Of a stretch of DNA of 64,000 bases, positions 28,478-38,450 are shown piece after piece. The DNA is from an uncultured Pelagibacteraceae bacterium (GTDB taxonomy: Bacteria; Pseudomonadota; Alphaproteobacteria; Pelagibacterales; Pelagibacteraceae). Location: assembly GCA_902629955.1 (NCBI GenBank), contig CACOSS010000001.1, positions 68,203 to 132,202 of the forward strand. Reading direction: 5' to 3'. Below the pieces are notes generated by a model, which was not told the origin of the DNA, did no database searches, and saw only the letters and a list, made by a program, of their open reading frames with translations. The translations under genes and the position numbers were made by a program. Every line of letters starts with the position of its first letter. The first letter of the stretch is position 1.

Positions 28478-29170
28478 AAGAATATAACTAATAATAGAAA
28501 TCATTGATATTGCAGCAGTTTCAGATCTTAAAATATTTTTATTGATATTTAACGGAATTACATTTTTGGTTTTAGAAATTATTTCTCTTTCTTTAGTAGA
28601 GAAATCGCCTTCCGGTCCAATTAAAACACATATTGGGTCTTCATTTTGAATATTAATTTTTTTGTTGTCAGAATTTAGATCGCCAAATAGGATTGTTGTT
28701 TGAATATTTTCTTTTAAAAATTCTTCAAGTGTTTTTAATTTATCTAAAACTGGTAAATTTAACCTATTACTTTGCTCTGATGCCTCAACAATAATTTTGT
28801 TTAGCCTTTTTTCATTTATTTTTCTTACAACAGTTCTTTCTGAAAGTAGCGGGATAAATCTGGTTACTCCAAGCTCAGTACTTTTCTGTATCATTAAATT
28901 TAAATAATTTAGTTTTATAGGTGTGAAGGCAAGCCAGATTTCTCTTAAGTTAACTACAGATCTTAATTTTTTTTTTATTGTAAACTCAACAATACCTCTC
29001 AAAATATTTTCTACTTTTGCTTCAAATTCACCAGATTGATTAAACAAACTAAAATTTTGGCCCTCCTTAATTCTCATCACCTTATAAATGTAATGTGATT
29101 GGGTTTTATCTAATTTAGATTTTAAATTTATATATAAACTTTCACTATAAAATAATCTAATATTACTCAT
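28469..29170 (-). CDS. rsmE: 16S rRNA m3U1498 methyltransferase
   Basis: HY..VMR, QKSTELGV, EASEQS, IGPEGDF, ILRSETA. Confidence 0.95.
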   Translation of the reverse strand: MSNIRLFYSESLYINLKSKLDKTQSHYIYKVMRIKEGQNFSLFNQSGEFEAKVENILRGIVEFTIKKKLRSVVNLREIWLAFTPIKLNYLNLMIQKSTELGVTRFIPLLSERTVVRKINEKRLNKIIVEASEQSNRLNLPVLDKLKTLEEFLKENIQTTILFGDLNSDNKKINIQNEDPICVLIGPEGDFSTKEREIISKTKNVIPLNINKNILRSETAAISMISIISYILLS

Positions 29171-29186
29171 TTAAATAAGTTAATTT

Positions 29187-29849
29187 ATGAAAAATCTTAA
29201 AGCAATAATTTTCGATGCGTATGGAACGTTATTTGATGTGAATTCAGCAGCTGAGAAATGCAAAGGTAAAATTGGTGATAAGTGGGAAAATTTTGCAAAT
29301 TATTGGAGAACAACTCAGTTAGAATATACTTGGTTGAGAAGTCTTATGAATAAACATAAAGATTTCTGGAAAATAACTGAAGATAGCTTAGACAAATCTA
29401 TGAAAAAATTCCAAATAGATCAAAATATGAGGAGTGAGCTTTTAGATTTATATAAAATATTGTCTCCATATCCAGAAACAAAAAATACTTTAGAAAAACT
29501 GAAAAATAAAAACTACAAAATTGCTATACTTTCAAATGGAACACCGTCCCTACTAAATGAATTAATTGAAATAAATAATATGAAAATTTTTTTTGATGAT
29601 ATTTTTTCAATTGAGGAGGTTGGAATTTTTAAACCAAGTTCAAAAGTATACGAAATTCCTATTAAGAAATATAAAATAGATAAACGTGAAGTTGCTTTTT
29701 TAAGTTCAAATACTTGGGATGTATGTGGGGGTGGTAATTTTGGTTATAATTCAATTTGGGTAAACAGGAATAAAAATATTTTTGACAAACTAGATTATAA
29801 ACCAAAACATGTAATTGGAGATTTAGAAGAGCTACTAAGTATATTTTAA
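29187..29849 (+). CDS. Haloacid dehalogenase type II (L-2-haloacid dehalogenase family)
   Basis: FDAYGTLFDV, WR..QLEYTW, LSNG, FKP, SSNTWD. Confidence 0.92.
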   Translation: MKNLKAIIFDAYGTLFDVNSAAEKCKGKIGDKWENFANYWRTTQLEYTWLRSLMNKHKDFWKITEDSLDKSMKKFQIDQNMRSELLDLYKILSPYPETKNTLEKLKNKNYKIAILSNGTPSLLNELIEINNMKIFFDDIFSIEEVGIFKPSSKVYEIPIKKYKIDKREVAFLSSNTWDVCGGGNFGYNSIWVNRNKNIFDKLDYKPKHVIGDLEELLSIF

Positions 29850-29904
29850 TTACTAAATTTCATTATTGTAATTAAAAATATATATAATAATAATCAAATA
29901 TATT

Positions 29905-30315
29905 ATGAAGAATTTTGATAGAAAAATAGATAGCTATTTAAGAAACTTTGAGGCTCTAGCTTCACTTTCTCTTAGGTTTATTCTAGGTTTAGCTTTTATT
30001 ATATATGCCTCTAAAAAATTTCCACTGCCGCCAGAGGGACTTGTAGAATATTACGATTTACATCCAATTCTAGCATCTACTGTAGCATTATCAGAACTGT
30101 TTTCTGGAATTATAATAATAATTGCAGCTTTTATAAAAAATCCTTTAGGAAACATATTAACAAGATTAGCTGGTCTAAATATTGTTTTATTAATGTCTAT
30201 TATTCTTTTAGTGGCACATTCTGATTGGTTTATTACAACAAAATTGTTTTCTAGTGTGCAAATATTTCTACTTGTAAGTGGATTTTACTTTTTTATAAAA
30301 GGAAATAAAAGATAA
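29905..30315 (+). CDS. DoxX family membrane protein
   Basis: LRFILGLAFI..K, ELFSG, TRLAG, VAH; four TM helices. Confidence 0.78.
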   Translation: MKNFDRKIDSYLRNFEALASLSLRFILGLAFIIYASKKFPLPPEGLVEYYDLHPILASTVALSELFSGIIIIIAAFIKNPLGNILTRLAGLNIVLLMSIILLVAHSDWFITTKLFSSVQIFLLVSGFYFFIKGNKR

Positions 30316-30322
30316 TTAAATT

Positions 30323-31159
30323 ATGAGCATTGTTGAGATACAGCAGATTATAAAGCCAGTTAATTCTTCAGATGGAGCTGGCGTAAAATTAAAAAGAAGT
30401 ATTGGAGTAAATCCAAATTATTATGATCCATTTTTAATGTTAGATGAGTTTGGGTCGGAGGACAAAGATGATTATATCGGTGGTTTTCCTGCTCATCCAC
30501 ATAGAGGAATAGAGACGGTTACATATATGTTGCATGGTGAATTTGAACATCAAGATAGTACTGGAGCCAAAGGGAGGATGAAGGCTGGAGATGTTCAATG
30601 GATGAAAACAGGAAGTGGAATAATACATTCGGAAATGCCAGCAATGTCTGGTGGTAAACTTCAAGGTTTCCAATTATGGATTAACATGCCTGCAAAATTA
30701 AAAATGAGTAAACCTGAATATCTATATATAGACTCAAAGGAAATGCAAACATATGAGGATGACGATAAAACTGTAAAAACCATTGCTGGCAAGTTTGAAA
30801 ATGCTGAGGGTCCCATTAAAAGCCATAATGTTGAGCCAATTTATTTTGATATTGAATTAAAAAAAAATAAAGAATTTAATTTTGATCTTCCTAATACCCA
30901 TAATTCTCTAATTTATTTAGTTAATGGTGAAATTACGATCGGCGAAAAAAAACATGATAAATTGATCGGCTCAACTTTAATTTTACTTTCAAAAGGTGAA
31001 AAACTTAGAGTCAAAAGTGTTTATAATTCAAAATTTTTGCTTATTTCTGGAAAACCTATTAATGAAAAAATTGCTAGAGGAGGTCCGTTCGTTATGAATA
31101 CAAAATCTGAAATTTTACAAGCTGTGAATGATTATCATAATGGAACTTTCGTAAAATAG
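30323..31159 (+). CDS. Pirin family protein
   Basis: DPFLMLD, HPHRGIETVT, GIIHSEMP, QLWINMP, GPFVMN. Confidence 0.95.
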   Translation: MSIVEIQQIIKPVNSSDGAGVKLKRSIGVNPNYYDPFLMLDEFGSEDKDDYIGGFPAHPHRGIETVTYMLHGEFEHQDSTGAKGRMKAGDVQWMKTGSGIIHSEMPAMSGGKLQGFQLWINMPAKLKMSKPEYLYIDSKEMQTYEDDDKTVKTIAGKFENAEGPIKSHNVEPIYFDIELKKNKEFNFDLPNTHNSLIYLVNGEITIGEKKHDKLIGSTLILLSKGEKLRVKSVYNSKFLLISGKPINEKIARGGPFVMNTKSEILQAVNDYHNGTFVK

Positions 31160-32133
31160 TGCAAGCAATTGAAATAAAAAAAACTGGTGGTCCTGAAGTT
31201 TTAGAGCTAAAAGATATTAAGCTTGAGGACCCAAAAGATGGCGAAGTACTAATAAAACATTCAGCGATTGGTCTTAATTATATTGATACATATCATAGAT
31301 CAGGCCTATACTCTCTTCCACTACCATCTGGAATCGGATTAGAAGCTGCTGGCATAATAGAAAAAGCAGGAAATAATGTTGGAGATTTTAAAGAAGGAGA
31401 TAAAGTTGCTTACGCTGCTGCTCCAATAGGCTCTTATTCTTCTCATAGAATTTATCCCACAAAAAATTTAGTTAAAGTTCCAGAGGGAATAGATTTGGAA
31501 GTTGTAGCAACTTTAATGACTAAAGGATTAACAACATTTTACCTATTACACAAAACATATTCTGTTAAATCGGGTCAAACCATACTATTCCATGCAGCTG
31601 CAGGTGGTGTAGGCCAAATATTTTGTCAGTGGGCAAAAAGTTTAGGTTGTAGTGTAATTGGGACAGTCGGGTCTGATGAAAAAATTGAAATTGCAAAAAA
31701 ATTTGGATGCAGTCATGTGATAAATTATTCTAAAGATGATTTCCAAAAAAAAGTTATGGAGATTACCAATGATGAGGGTCTGCCAGTTGTTTATGATGGA
31801 GTTGGAAAGGTGACAATGGAAAAATCATTAGGATGCCTAAAAATGAGAGGAACTTTTGTGTCTTTTGGAAATGCTTCTGGAAAACTTGATCCCCTTGATG
31901 TTGGAAAATTAATTGCACCTAAAGGATTATTTTTAACACGTCCTAGTATAGCGCATTATACTGCAACCAGAAATGAGCTGGACGAAGCTGCTAAAAAACT
32001 TTTTGAGATGGTCAAAACACAAAAAGTAAAAATTGATATTTTTAAAAAATACACTCTTGAAGATGTTGTTGCTGCTCATCAAGATTTAGAGGGAAGAAAG
32101 ATTATTGGACCTGCAATTATAGTCCCAAACTAA
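31159..32133 (+). CDS. qor: NADPH:quinone oxidoreductase (zeta-crystallin family)
   Basis: GGPEVL, NYIDTYHRSGLY, HAAAGGVG, YDGVG, FGNASG; GTG start. Confidence 0.92.
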   Translation: MQAIEIKKTGGPEVLELKDIKLEDPKDGEVLIKHSAIGLNYIDTYHRSGLYSLPLPSGIGLEAAGIIEKAGNNVGDFKEGDKVAYAAAPIGSYSSHRIYPTKNLVKVPEGIDLEVVATLMTKGLTTFYLLHKTYSVKSGQTILFHAAAGGVGQIFCQWAKSLGCSVIGTVGSDEKIEIAKKFGCSHVINYSKDDFQKKVMEITNDEGLPVVYDGVGKVTMEKSLGCLKMRGTFVSFGNASGKLDPLDVGKLIAPKGLFLTRPSIAHYTATRNELDEAAKKLFEMVKTQKVKIDIFKKYTLEDVVAAHQDLEGRKIIGPAIIVPN

Positions 32134-32543
32134 TCTATCTTTACATCCATATCAGACATATGAAGATTTAACGCATTAGTTGAAACTTGTATTTCTCTTA
32201 TAAAGAATACGATCGAAACAATCATAGATAAACAACAAGAACCAAAAATTACCCTTGCTACAAATAATTCATCCAGATAAAGCGCAAAAACGGTTAACAT
32301 ATTAAATAAAAAACCAAAAGCTGCAAACATTATAGTCCATCTTAAAATTGATATCCTGTTACTTAAATTTAAAAATTGCTTTTTCCATTCAGGTGGAACA
32401 TGTTTTTCATAAACATGCTCATCGTGCAATTCTCTAATTAATTTACTTAATGTATGAAATCGATTGCTATAAACTCCCATTAGAAGCGGAATAGCAGGAA
32501 ACATCAGTGCAGTTACTGTATAATCTATATTCATGCGAATCAA
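32130..32543 (-). CDS. DUF2721-like membrane protein
   Basis: PAI.LL..YSNRF...IR.LH motif; three TM helices. Confidence 0.7.
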   Translation of the reverse strand: MIRMNIDYTVTALMFPAIPLLMGVYSNRFHTLSKLIRELHDEHVYEKHVPPEWKKQFLNLSNRISILRWTIMFAAFGFLFNMLTVFALYLDELFVARVIFGSCCLSMIVSIVFFIREIQVSTNALNLHMSDMDVKID

Positions 32544-32586
32544 TTTGATTATGAAACTACCCTTTGCTATTTACAAGTAAATTCTG

Positions 32587-33456
32587 ATGGAAAAAATTAA
32601 TGATTTTTTGGAATTAACTAGATTTAAGAAACCTATAGGTTATATGCTTTTGTTTTGGCCTTGTGTTTGGGGACTTACGGTTGCTTTTGATTTTACAAAT
32701 AATGTGCAAATTTATTTGAAATATTGTTTTCTATTTTTATGTGGATCCATTTTAATGAGATCAGCGGGTTGTATAATAAACGATATTGCTGATAAAGATT
32801 TTGATGCCAAAGTGGAAAGAACAAAAAAAAGACCTATTGCTTTAGGAAATGTTTCAGTCAAACTTGGTCTTTTTTATTCTGCAATTCTTTGCTTGATAGC
32901 TTTGGGTGTATTATTACAATTTAATTTATACACCATTATTTTAGCTTTATGTTCTATGCCTTTAGCATTTACTTATCCTTACATGAAAAGATTTACTTAT
33001 TGGCCGCAACTTTTTTTAGGAATCACATTTAATTATGGTCTTATTCTTGGTTGGACCGCAATTTATGCTGATCTAAATGTTGTGCCTCTAATATTTTATT
33101 TTGGAGCCATATTTTGGACATTAGGTTACGACACTATATATGGGTTTCAAGATATAAAAGATGATGAAATAATAGGAGTTAAATCTACATCAATTAAATT
33201 TAAGAATAATCCAAAGCAATTTGTTTTAATATGCTACTTAATATTTATTATATCTCAGGTTTATGTCGGTTTTAAAATGAATTTTGCAAATATTTATTTT
33301 TTTGGAATTGTTTTAATTTCTTTGCATTTATTTGCTTACCAAATATTCAAATTAAATATTAATCTGGAAAGAAATTGTCTTGAAATATTTAAATCAAATA
33401 ATTTTTTAGGATTTATGGTTTTTATAAATATTTTAATTGGAAAAATAATTGTATGA
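32587..33456 (+). CDS. ubiA: 4-hydroxybenzoate polyprenyltransferase
   Basis: KPIG..LLFWP, RSAGCIINDIADKDFD, YP.MKR, YDTIYGFQD. Confidence 0.95.
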   Translation: MEKINDFLELTRFKKPIGYMLLFWPCVWGLTVAFDFTNNVQIYLKYCFLFLCGSILMRSAGCIINDIADKDFDAKVERTKKRPIALGNVSVKLGLFYSAILCLIALGVLLQFNLYTIILALCSMPLAFTYPYMKRFTYWPQLFLGITFNYGLILGWTAIYADLNVVPLIFYFGAIFWTLGYDTIYGFQDIKDDEIIGVKSTSIKFKNNPKQFVLICYLIFIISQVYVGFKMNFANIYFFGIVLISLHLFAYQIFKLNINLERNCLEIFKSNNFLGFMVFINILIGKIIV

Positions 33457-35195
33457 TGTCCAATAAAGATACAATTTTTAGGCTTTACAATAGTTATACA
33501 AAACGTTTCTTAGGAAAAATTACTATTTCAATTTTACTTTCTATGATTGTGGCGGGAGCTACCTCTGCCATAGCTTGGCTTTTAGATCCTGCAATAAAAA
33601 AACTATTTATTGAAAAGGATCAAACTTTAATTTTAATAATTCCTTTAGCTATTATTCTAGCTTTTTCTGCAAAAGGTGTTTCTTTATATTTAGCAAAGGT
33701 TCTTATGATTGGCGTTGCTGAAGATATTAAGAAAGATATTCAAAAAGATATGATCACAAGTTTGGTAAAGGCCGATATTACAGCTATAGATAACAAGCAT
33801 ACTGGAAAATTTATTTCCAACCTTACTTACGATACTTCTCTTATAGTAAGTTTGGTCAGTACAGCTTTATTAAGTTTATTTAAAGATTCTATAACTTTGC
33901 TTGGACTATTAATTGTTATGTTTTATCAAAATTGGAAATTATCACTAATTGCGATTATCATGATACCTTTAGCTTCAGCTGCTGCAAAAACTCTTGGTAA
34001 AAGAATAGGAAAAGTAACTACAGAAGCTCAGATTAAATCTGGTGAATTGAATAAACATTTAATGGAAATATTTAAAAATCATAAATTGATTAAAATTTTT
34101 CAGAAAGAAATTTTTGAAATTGATAGGACTGATAATTTTCTTGTTAGTTTAAAAGAAAAAGCAAAAAAAATTGCGATTGTTTTTGTAAGGGCCTCTCCAA
34201 TAATGGAAATATTGACTGGTATAATGATAGCTTTATTAATTTTTTACTCAGGTAAATTAATCATAAATGATGAATTGGAAATAAATAATTTTTTTTCTTT
34301 TTTGGCCGCAATGATGCTCGCGTATCAACCGGTTAGGGCTTTAGCTACACTAAATCTAAGTATTAACACAGGGTTATCAGCCGCTAAAAGAATAATACCA
34401 ATTATAGATACTAAAAATAAAATTATTGAAAAGCATGATGCAAAAGATCTAAAAATTCAAAATTGTACTATTAAATTTCAAAACTGTAATTTTAAATACG
34501 ATTCTTCTAATAATTTAATTTTAGATGATTTAAATTTTACAATTGACGGAGGCAAAACTACTGCGCTTGTCGGTTATACTGGGGCTGGCAAATCTTCAAT
34601 ATTAAATTTAATACCAAGGTTTTATGATTGTAAAAAAGGAGATATTAAAATTGATGATCAATCCATTTATTCATTAAAGGTTAAAGATTTACGAAAAAAT
34701 ATTTCGATAGTCACTCAAGACATAACACTTTTTGACGATACAGTTAGAAATAATATAATTTATGCAAATCCAGATGCTACAGAAAAAGAAATTTTGGATG
34801 TTACAAAAAAATCTTTTGCACTAGAGTTTATTGAAAATTTACCAAATAAGTTTGAAACAATTATTGGTGAGAATGGAGTTCGCCTGTCTGGCGGTGAAAA
34901 GCAGAGAATTTCAATTGCGAGAGCAATGCTTAAAAAAACACCAATAATTTTATTAGATGAGGCCACATCTTCATTGGATGCAGAAACTGAGAGCAAAATA
35001 CAGAATGCAATGGAAATACTTACTGAAAATAAAACAACACTTGTTATTGCTCATAGGCTATCTACAATTATTAATGCTCATAAAATTTTTGTTATAGATA
35101 AAGGAACAATTGTTGCAAATGGTACTCATAAACAATTAATTGAAAACTCAAAAATCTATAAAAATTTTTATCAAAACCAACTTAGACCTAAATAA
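33453..35195 (+). CDS. msbA: Lipid A ABC exporter, MsbA-like
   Basis: Fused TM domain and NBD (GYTGAGKS, LSGGE, LDEATS, IAHRLS); adjacent to waaA and lpxK. Confidence 0.85.
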   Translation: MMSNKDTIFRLYNSYTKRFLGKITISILLSMIVAGATSAIAWLLDPAIKKLFIEKDQTLILIIPLAIILAFSAKGVSLYLAKVLMIGVAEDIKKDIQKDMITSLVKADITAIDNKHTGKFISNLTYDTSLIVSLVSTALLSLFKDSITLLGLLIVMFYQNWKLSLIAIIMIPLASAAAKTLGKRIGKVTTEAQIKSGELNKHLMEIFKNHKLIKIFQKEIFEIDRTDNFLVSLKEKAKKIAIVFVRASPIMEILTGIMIALLIFYSGKLIINDELEINNFFSFLAAMMLAYQPVRALATLNLSINTGLSAAKRIIPIIDTKNKIIEKHDAKDLKIQNCTIKFQNCNFKYDSSNNLILDDLNFTIDGGKTTALVGYTGAGKSSILNLIPRFYDCKKGDIKIDDQSIYSLKVKDLRKNISIVTQDITLFDDTVRNNIIYANPDATEKEILDVTKKSFALEFIENLPNKFETIIGENGVRLSGGEKQRISIARAMLKKTPIILLDEATSSLDAETESKIQNAMEILTENKTTLVIAHRLSTIINAHKIFVIDKGTIVANGTHKQLIENSKIYKNFYQNQLRPK

Positions 35196-36445
35196 TGTTG
35201 TTATTTATTTACAGGTTAATAATTAATTTTATTTTTTTATTGTCCCCTTTTATAATTTTATATAGGATTTTTAGAAATAAAGAGGATCCAAAAAGATACA
35301 AAGAAAAACTTTGTTTCTTTTCAAAAAAAAAAATTAAGAAAAAACTTATTTGGTTTCATGGCGCTAGTGTTGGTGAAATCTCAAGTATAATTCCTCTTGT
35401 TTTTAAATTAGAAAAAAATAGAGAAGTAGATCAAATATTAATTACATCATCTACATTAAGTTCCTCAAATATATTTAAACAGTTTAAGTTTAAAAAAACA
35501 ATACATCAATTCTTTCCGATTGATACAAATCACTTATCAAATAAATTTTTAAATTACTGGAAACCATCATTGGCTATTTTCATCGACTCAGAAATTTGGC
35601 CAAATATGGTTTTTAATTTGAAAAAAAAATCTATTCCAATTTTACTTTTAAATGCAAGAATAACAAATAGATCTTTTCAAAGATGGAAAATGTTAGGCAG
35701 TTTTAGCAATTACATTTTCCAATGTATTGATAAAACTTTGGTATCCAATATTGAAACAATTAAATATCTAAAATATTTTGGTGTAAAAAATATAAAGTCA
35801 TTTGGTAATTTAAAATTTATCCAAAATAGATATAAAAACCTTTCTTTACCAAATAATTTAAAAAAATTTATGTTAAAGAAAAATTCATGGTGTTCCTCAA
35901 GTACTCATAGAGGTGAAGAACTAATATCCATCAAAACACATAAAATATTAAAAAGAAAATACAATAATTTGCTTAGTGTAATTATTCCAAGACATGTAGA
36001 AAGATCAAATGAACTTGTAGAAATGATTAATCAACACAATTTAAATGTTCATTGCCATAGTTGGAAAACCGAAATACCTGAAAAAACAGACATATACCTA
36101 GTAGATACTTATGGTGAAACAGAAAAGTTTTTCAATTTAATAAAAATAGTTTTTGTTGGAGGTTCTTTTGTAAACCATGGTGGACAAAATCCACTAGAGC
36201 CGGTAAGGCACGGCTGTTTTGTTTTGTATGGTCCATATGTGAATAATTTCAAAAATATTTATAATTATCTTGATAAAATTAAGTTATCACAGAAAGTAAG
36301 TAACATTCGAAATTTAAATAAAAAAATTAAAATATTGTTTAAAAATAAAAGTAAGTCCAAAGCAGTTGTAAGAAAAGTAAAGAAATTTGGTAATGAAATT
36401 TTAATAAATACAATTAAAGAGATAGAAAAAGAATTGGGTCAATGA
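35195..36445 (+). CDS. waaA: Kdo transferase
   Basis: WFHGASVGE, SEIWPN, IPRH.ER, GGSF..HGGQNPLEP. Confidence 0.95.
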   Translation: MLLFIYRLIINFIFLLSPFIILYRIFRNKEDPKRYKEKLCFFSKKKIKKKLIWFHGASVGEISSIIPLVFKLEKNREVDQILITSSTLSSSNIFKQFKFKKTIHQFFPIDTNHLSNKFLNYWKPSLAIFIDSEIWPNMVFNLKKKSIPILLLNARITNRSFQRWKMLGSFSNYIFQCIDKTLVSNIETIKYLKYFGVKNIKSFGNLKFIQNRYKNLSLPNNLKKFMLKKNSWCSSSTHRGEELISIKTHKILKRKYNNLLSVIIPRHVERSNELVEMINQHNLNVHCHSWKTEIPEKTDIYLVDTYGETEKFFNLIKIVFVGGSFVNHGGQNPLEPVRHGCFVLYGPYVNNFKNIYNYLDKIKLSQKVSNIRNLNKKIKILFKNKSKSKAVVRKVKKFGNEILINTIKEIEKELGQ

Positions 36446-37368
36446 TTATTAAAAAACCCAAATTTTGGGATCAAACAAAACCTAACATTTTTGCTTATTT
36501 GTTAACTCCAATATCTAAAATTGTAACTTTTTATAATTTTATTAAAAAAAAAGAAACTCTAGAATTTCCAAATATAAAAATTATTTGTGTGGGAAATATT
36601 TACATTGGTGGCACTGGAAAAACCCCTTTATCAATCAAAATCAGTGAACTACTAAATTCAAAAGGTATAAAAACAACAGTTATCAAAAAATATTATAGCG
36701 AACAAACAGATGAACAATTGTTAATAAATAGTAGAACAAACTTAATAAGTAAAAAACATAGAAAAGATTGTGCTAATGAGGCTATTAACAAAAATTTTAA
36801 ATATGCAGTTTTCGACGACGGGCTTCAGGATAAGTCCATAAAATACAATTTTAAAATTTGTTGTTTTAGCTCAAATAATTGGATTGGGAATGGATATGTC
36901 ATTCCTGCTGGTCCTTTAAGAGAAAAGATTTCATCACTAAAAAATTTCGACATAGTTTTTTTAAATGGTCCAGATATAAACAATTCAGAAATTAAAGAAA
37001 AAATTTTGAAATTAAACAATAAGATTAAAATATTTGAAGGATATTACAAACCTGAAAATATAAATAAATTTGATGTTTCAAAAAATTATATTGCTTTTTC
37101 TGGAATTGGTAACCCCGATAACTTTCATTTAACCCTTAAAGAAAATAAATTTAAAATAATTAAATATTTTTCATTTCCAGATCATTATAACTATAAAAAA
37201 TATGAAATAGACAATATTAAAAAATTTGCTACTAAAAATAATTCAAAAATTGTTACTACTGAAAAAGATTATCTGAGGATAAATAAAGAATTAAGAAATA
37301 ATATAGATTATATTAAGATAGATTTAGAGATAAATAATAAAAGTGCATTTTTAGATTTAATTTCTTAA
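36442..37368 (+). CDS. lpxK: Tetraacyldisaccharide 4'-kinase
   Basis: VGNIYIGGTGKTP, DDGLQ, PAGPLRE, FPDHY, TTEKD. Confidence 0.95.
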   Translation: MIIKKPKFWDQTKPNIFAYLLTPISKIVTFYNFIKKKETLEFPNIKIICVGNIYIGGTGKTPLSIKISELLNSKGIKTTVIKKYYSEQTDEQLLINSRTNLISKKHRKDCANEAINKNFKYAVFDDGLQDKSIKYNFKICCFSSNNWIGNGYVIPAGPLREKISSLKNFDIVFLNGPDINNSEIKEKILKLNNKIKIFEGYYKPENINKFDVSKNYIAFSGIGNPDNFHLTLKENKFKIIKYFSFPDHYNYKKYEIDNIKKFATKNNSKIVTTEKDYLRINKELRNNIDYIKIDLEINNKSAFLDLIS

Positions 37369-37371
37369 AAA

Positions 37372-38235
37372 ATGAAAAAAATAAAATATTTAGTAGAATT
37401 TTTGTTTATAAAATTATTATTTTCTATATTTAAAATAATTGGATATAGAAATGCCTCTAGTCTAGGTGCAAAAATAGGATCTTTTTTATTTCCTTTATTT
37501 CGATCAAGGAAAATAACTAAAAATAATATTAAAAATAGTTTTCCAGATATAAGCGATAAAGATGCCAATGAACTGATAAAAAAAATGTGGAAAAATTATG
37601 GAAGAATTTTTTCTGAGTATATGTACATTGAAAAATTTAGATCAAAAAAACTTGATAAATACTTAAACATAAGTGGGATTGAAATATTAGAAAAAATTAA
37701 AAAAGATGGTAACCCTGTTGTTTTTATATCAGGTCATTTTAATAATTTTGAATTAATGGCAATGCAAATAGAATTATCAGGGATTGAACTGTCGGCAGTT
37801 TATAGACCTTTAAATAACTTATTTTTAAATAGAACAATGGAGAACCTAAGAAAAAATTTTATTTGCAAAAATCAAATTAAAAAAGGATTAGGTGGAGTTA
37901 GAGAAATCATTAAAGCATTCTCTCAAAATAAATCTGTAGCATTAATGATTGATCAAAGAGTTTCGGAAGGTGAAAAATCATTATTGTTCAACAAACCTAC
38001 TTATACAACTACCATTCCAGCACAGTTAATTAAAAAATATAAATGTCCTGCGGTTCCAATTTATATTCAAAGAAGAGACAATATTTTTTTTGATATGACA
38101 ATTGAAAATCCAATATACTTTGGTGAAAAAGAGGATATAAATAACATTACACTCAAATTAAATAATTGGCTTGAAAATAAAATCTTATTAAAACCAGATC
38201 AATGGATATGGACTCACAATAAATGGAAGTTGTAA
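37372..38235 (+). CDS. lpxL: Lipid A late acyltransferase (LpxL/HtrB family)
   Basis: GHFNNFE, YRP, DQ, PDQWIWTHNKWK. Confidence 0.88.
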   Translation: MKKIKYLVEFLFIKLLFSIFKIIGYRNASSLGAKIGSFLFPLFRSRKITKNNIKNSFPDISDKDANELIKKMWKNYGRIFSEYMYIEKFRSKKLDKYLNISGIEILEKIKKDGNPVVFISGHFNNFELMAMQIELSGIELSAVYRPLNNLFLNRTMENLRKNFICKNQIKKGLGGVREIIKAFSQNKSVALMIDQRVSEGEKSLLFNKPTYTTTIPAQLIKKYKCPAVPIYIQRRDNIFFDMTIENPIYFGEKEDINNITLKLNNWLENKILLKPDQWIWTHNKWKL

Positions 38236-38248
38236 TTTAAAGTATAGA

Positions 38249-38428
38249 TTACCTTTTTTTTGATGCCTCAACATAAGAAAAATAAGCTTCCTGTAATTCT
38301 ACATTCCAATAGCTAAGATTTTCAAGTTGTATTTTTTTTCCTGAAACTGCGCATATTACATGATCTCCATTTTCTAAGATTTCAAAGTTATTTGGCAAAT
38401 ATTTTAATTTAGCTAATTTATTTTTCAT
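38249..38428 (-). CDS. DUF2093 family protein (59 aa), not in the ORF track
   Basis: MKNKLAKLKYLPNNFEILENGDHVICAVSGKKIQLENLSYWNVELQEAYFSYVEASKKR*; G.HV.CAV.G..I.L..L.YW...QEAY signature. Confidence 0.85.
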   Translation of the reverse strand: MKNKLAKLKYLPNNFEILENGDHVICAVSGKKIQLENLSYWNVELQEAYFSYVEASKKR

Positions 38429-38450
38429 TATTTAGTTGTATAAAATATAT

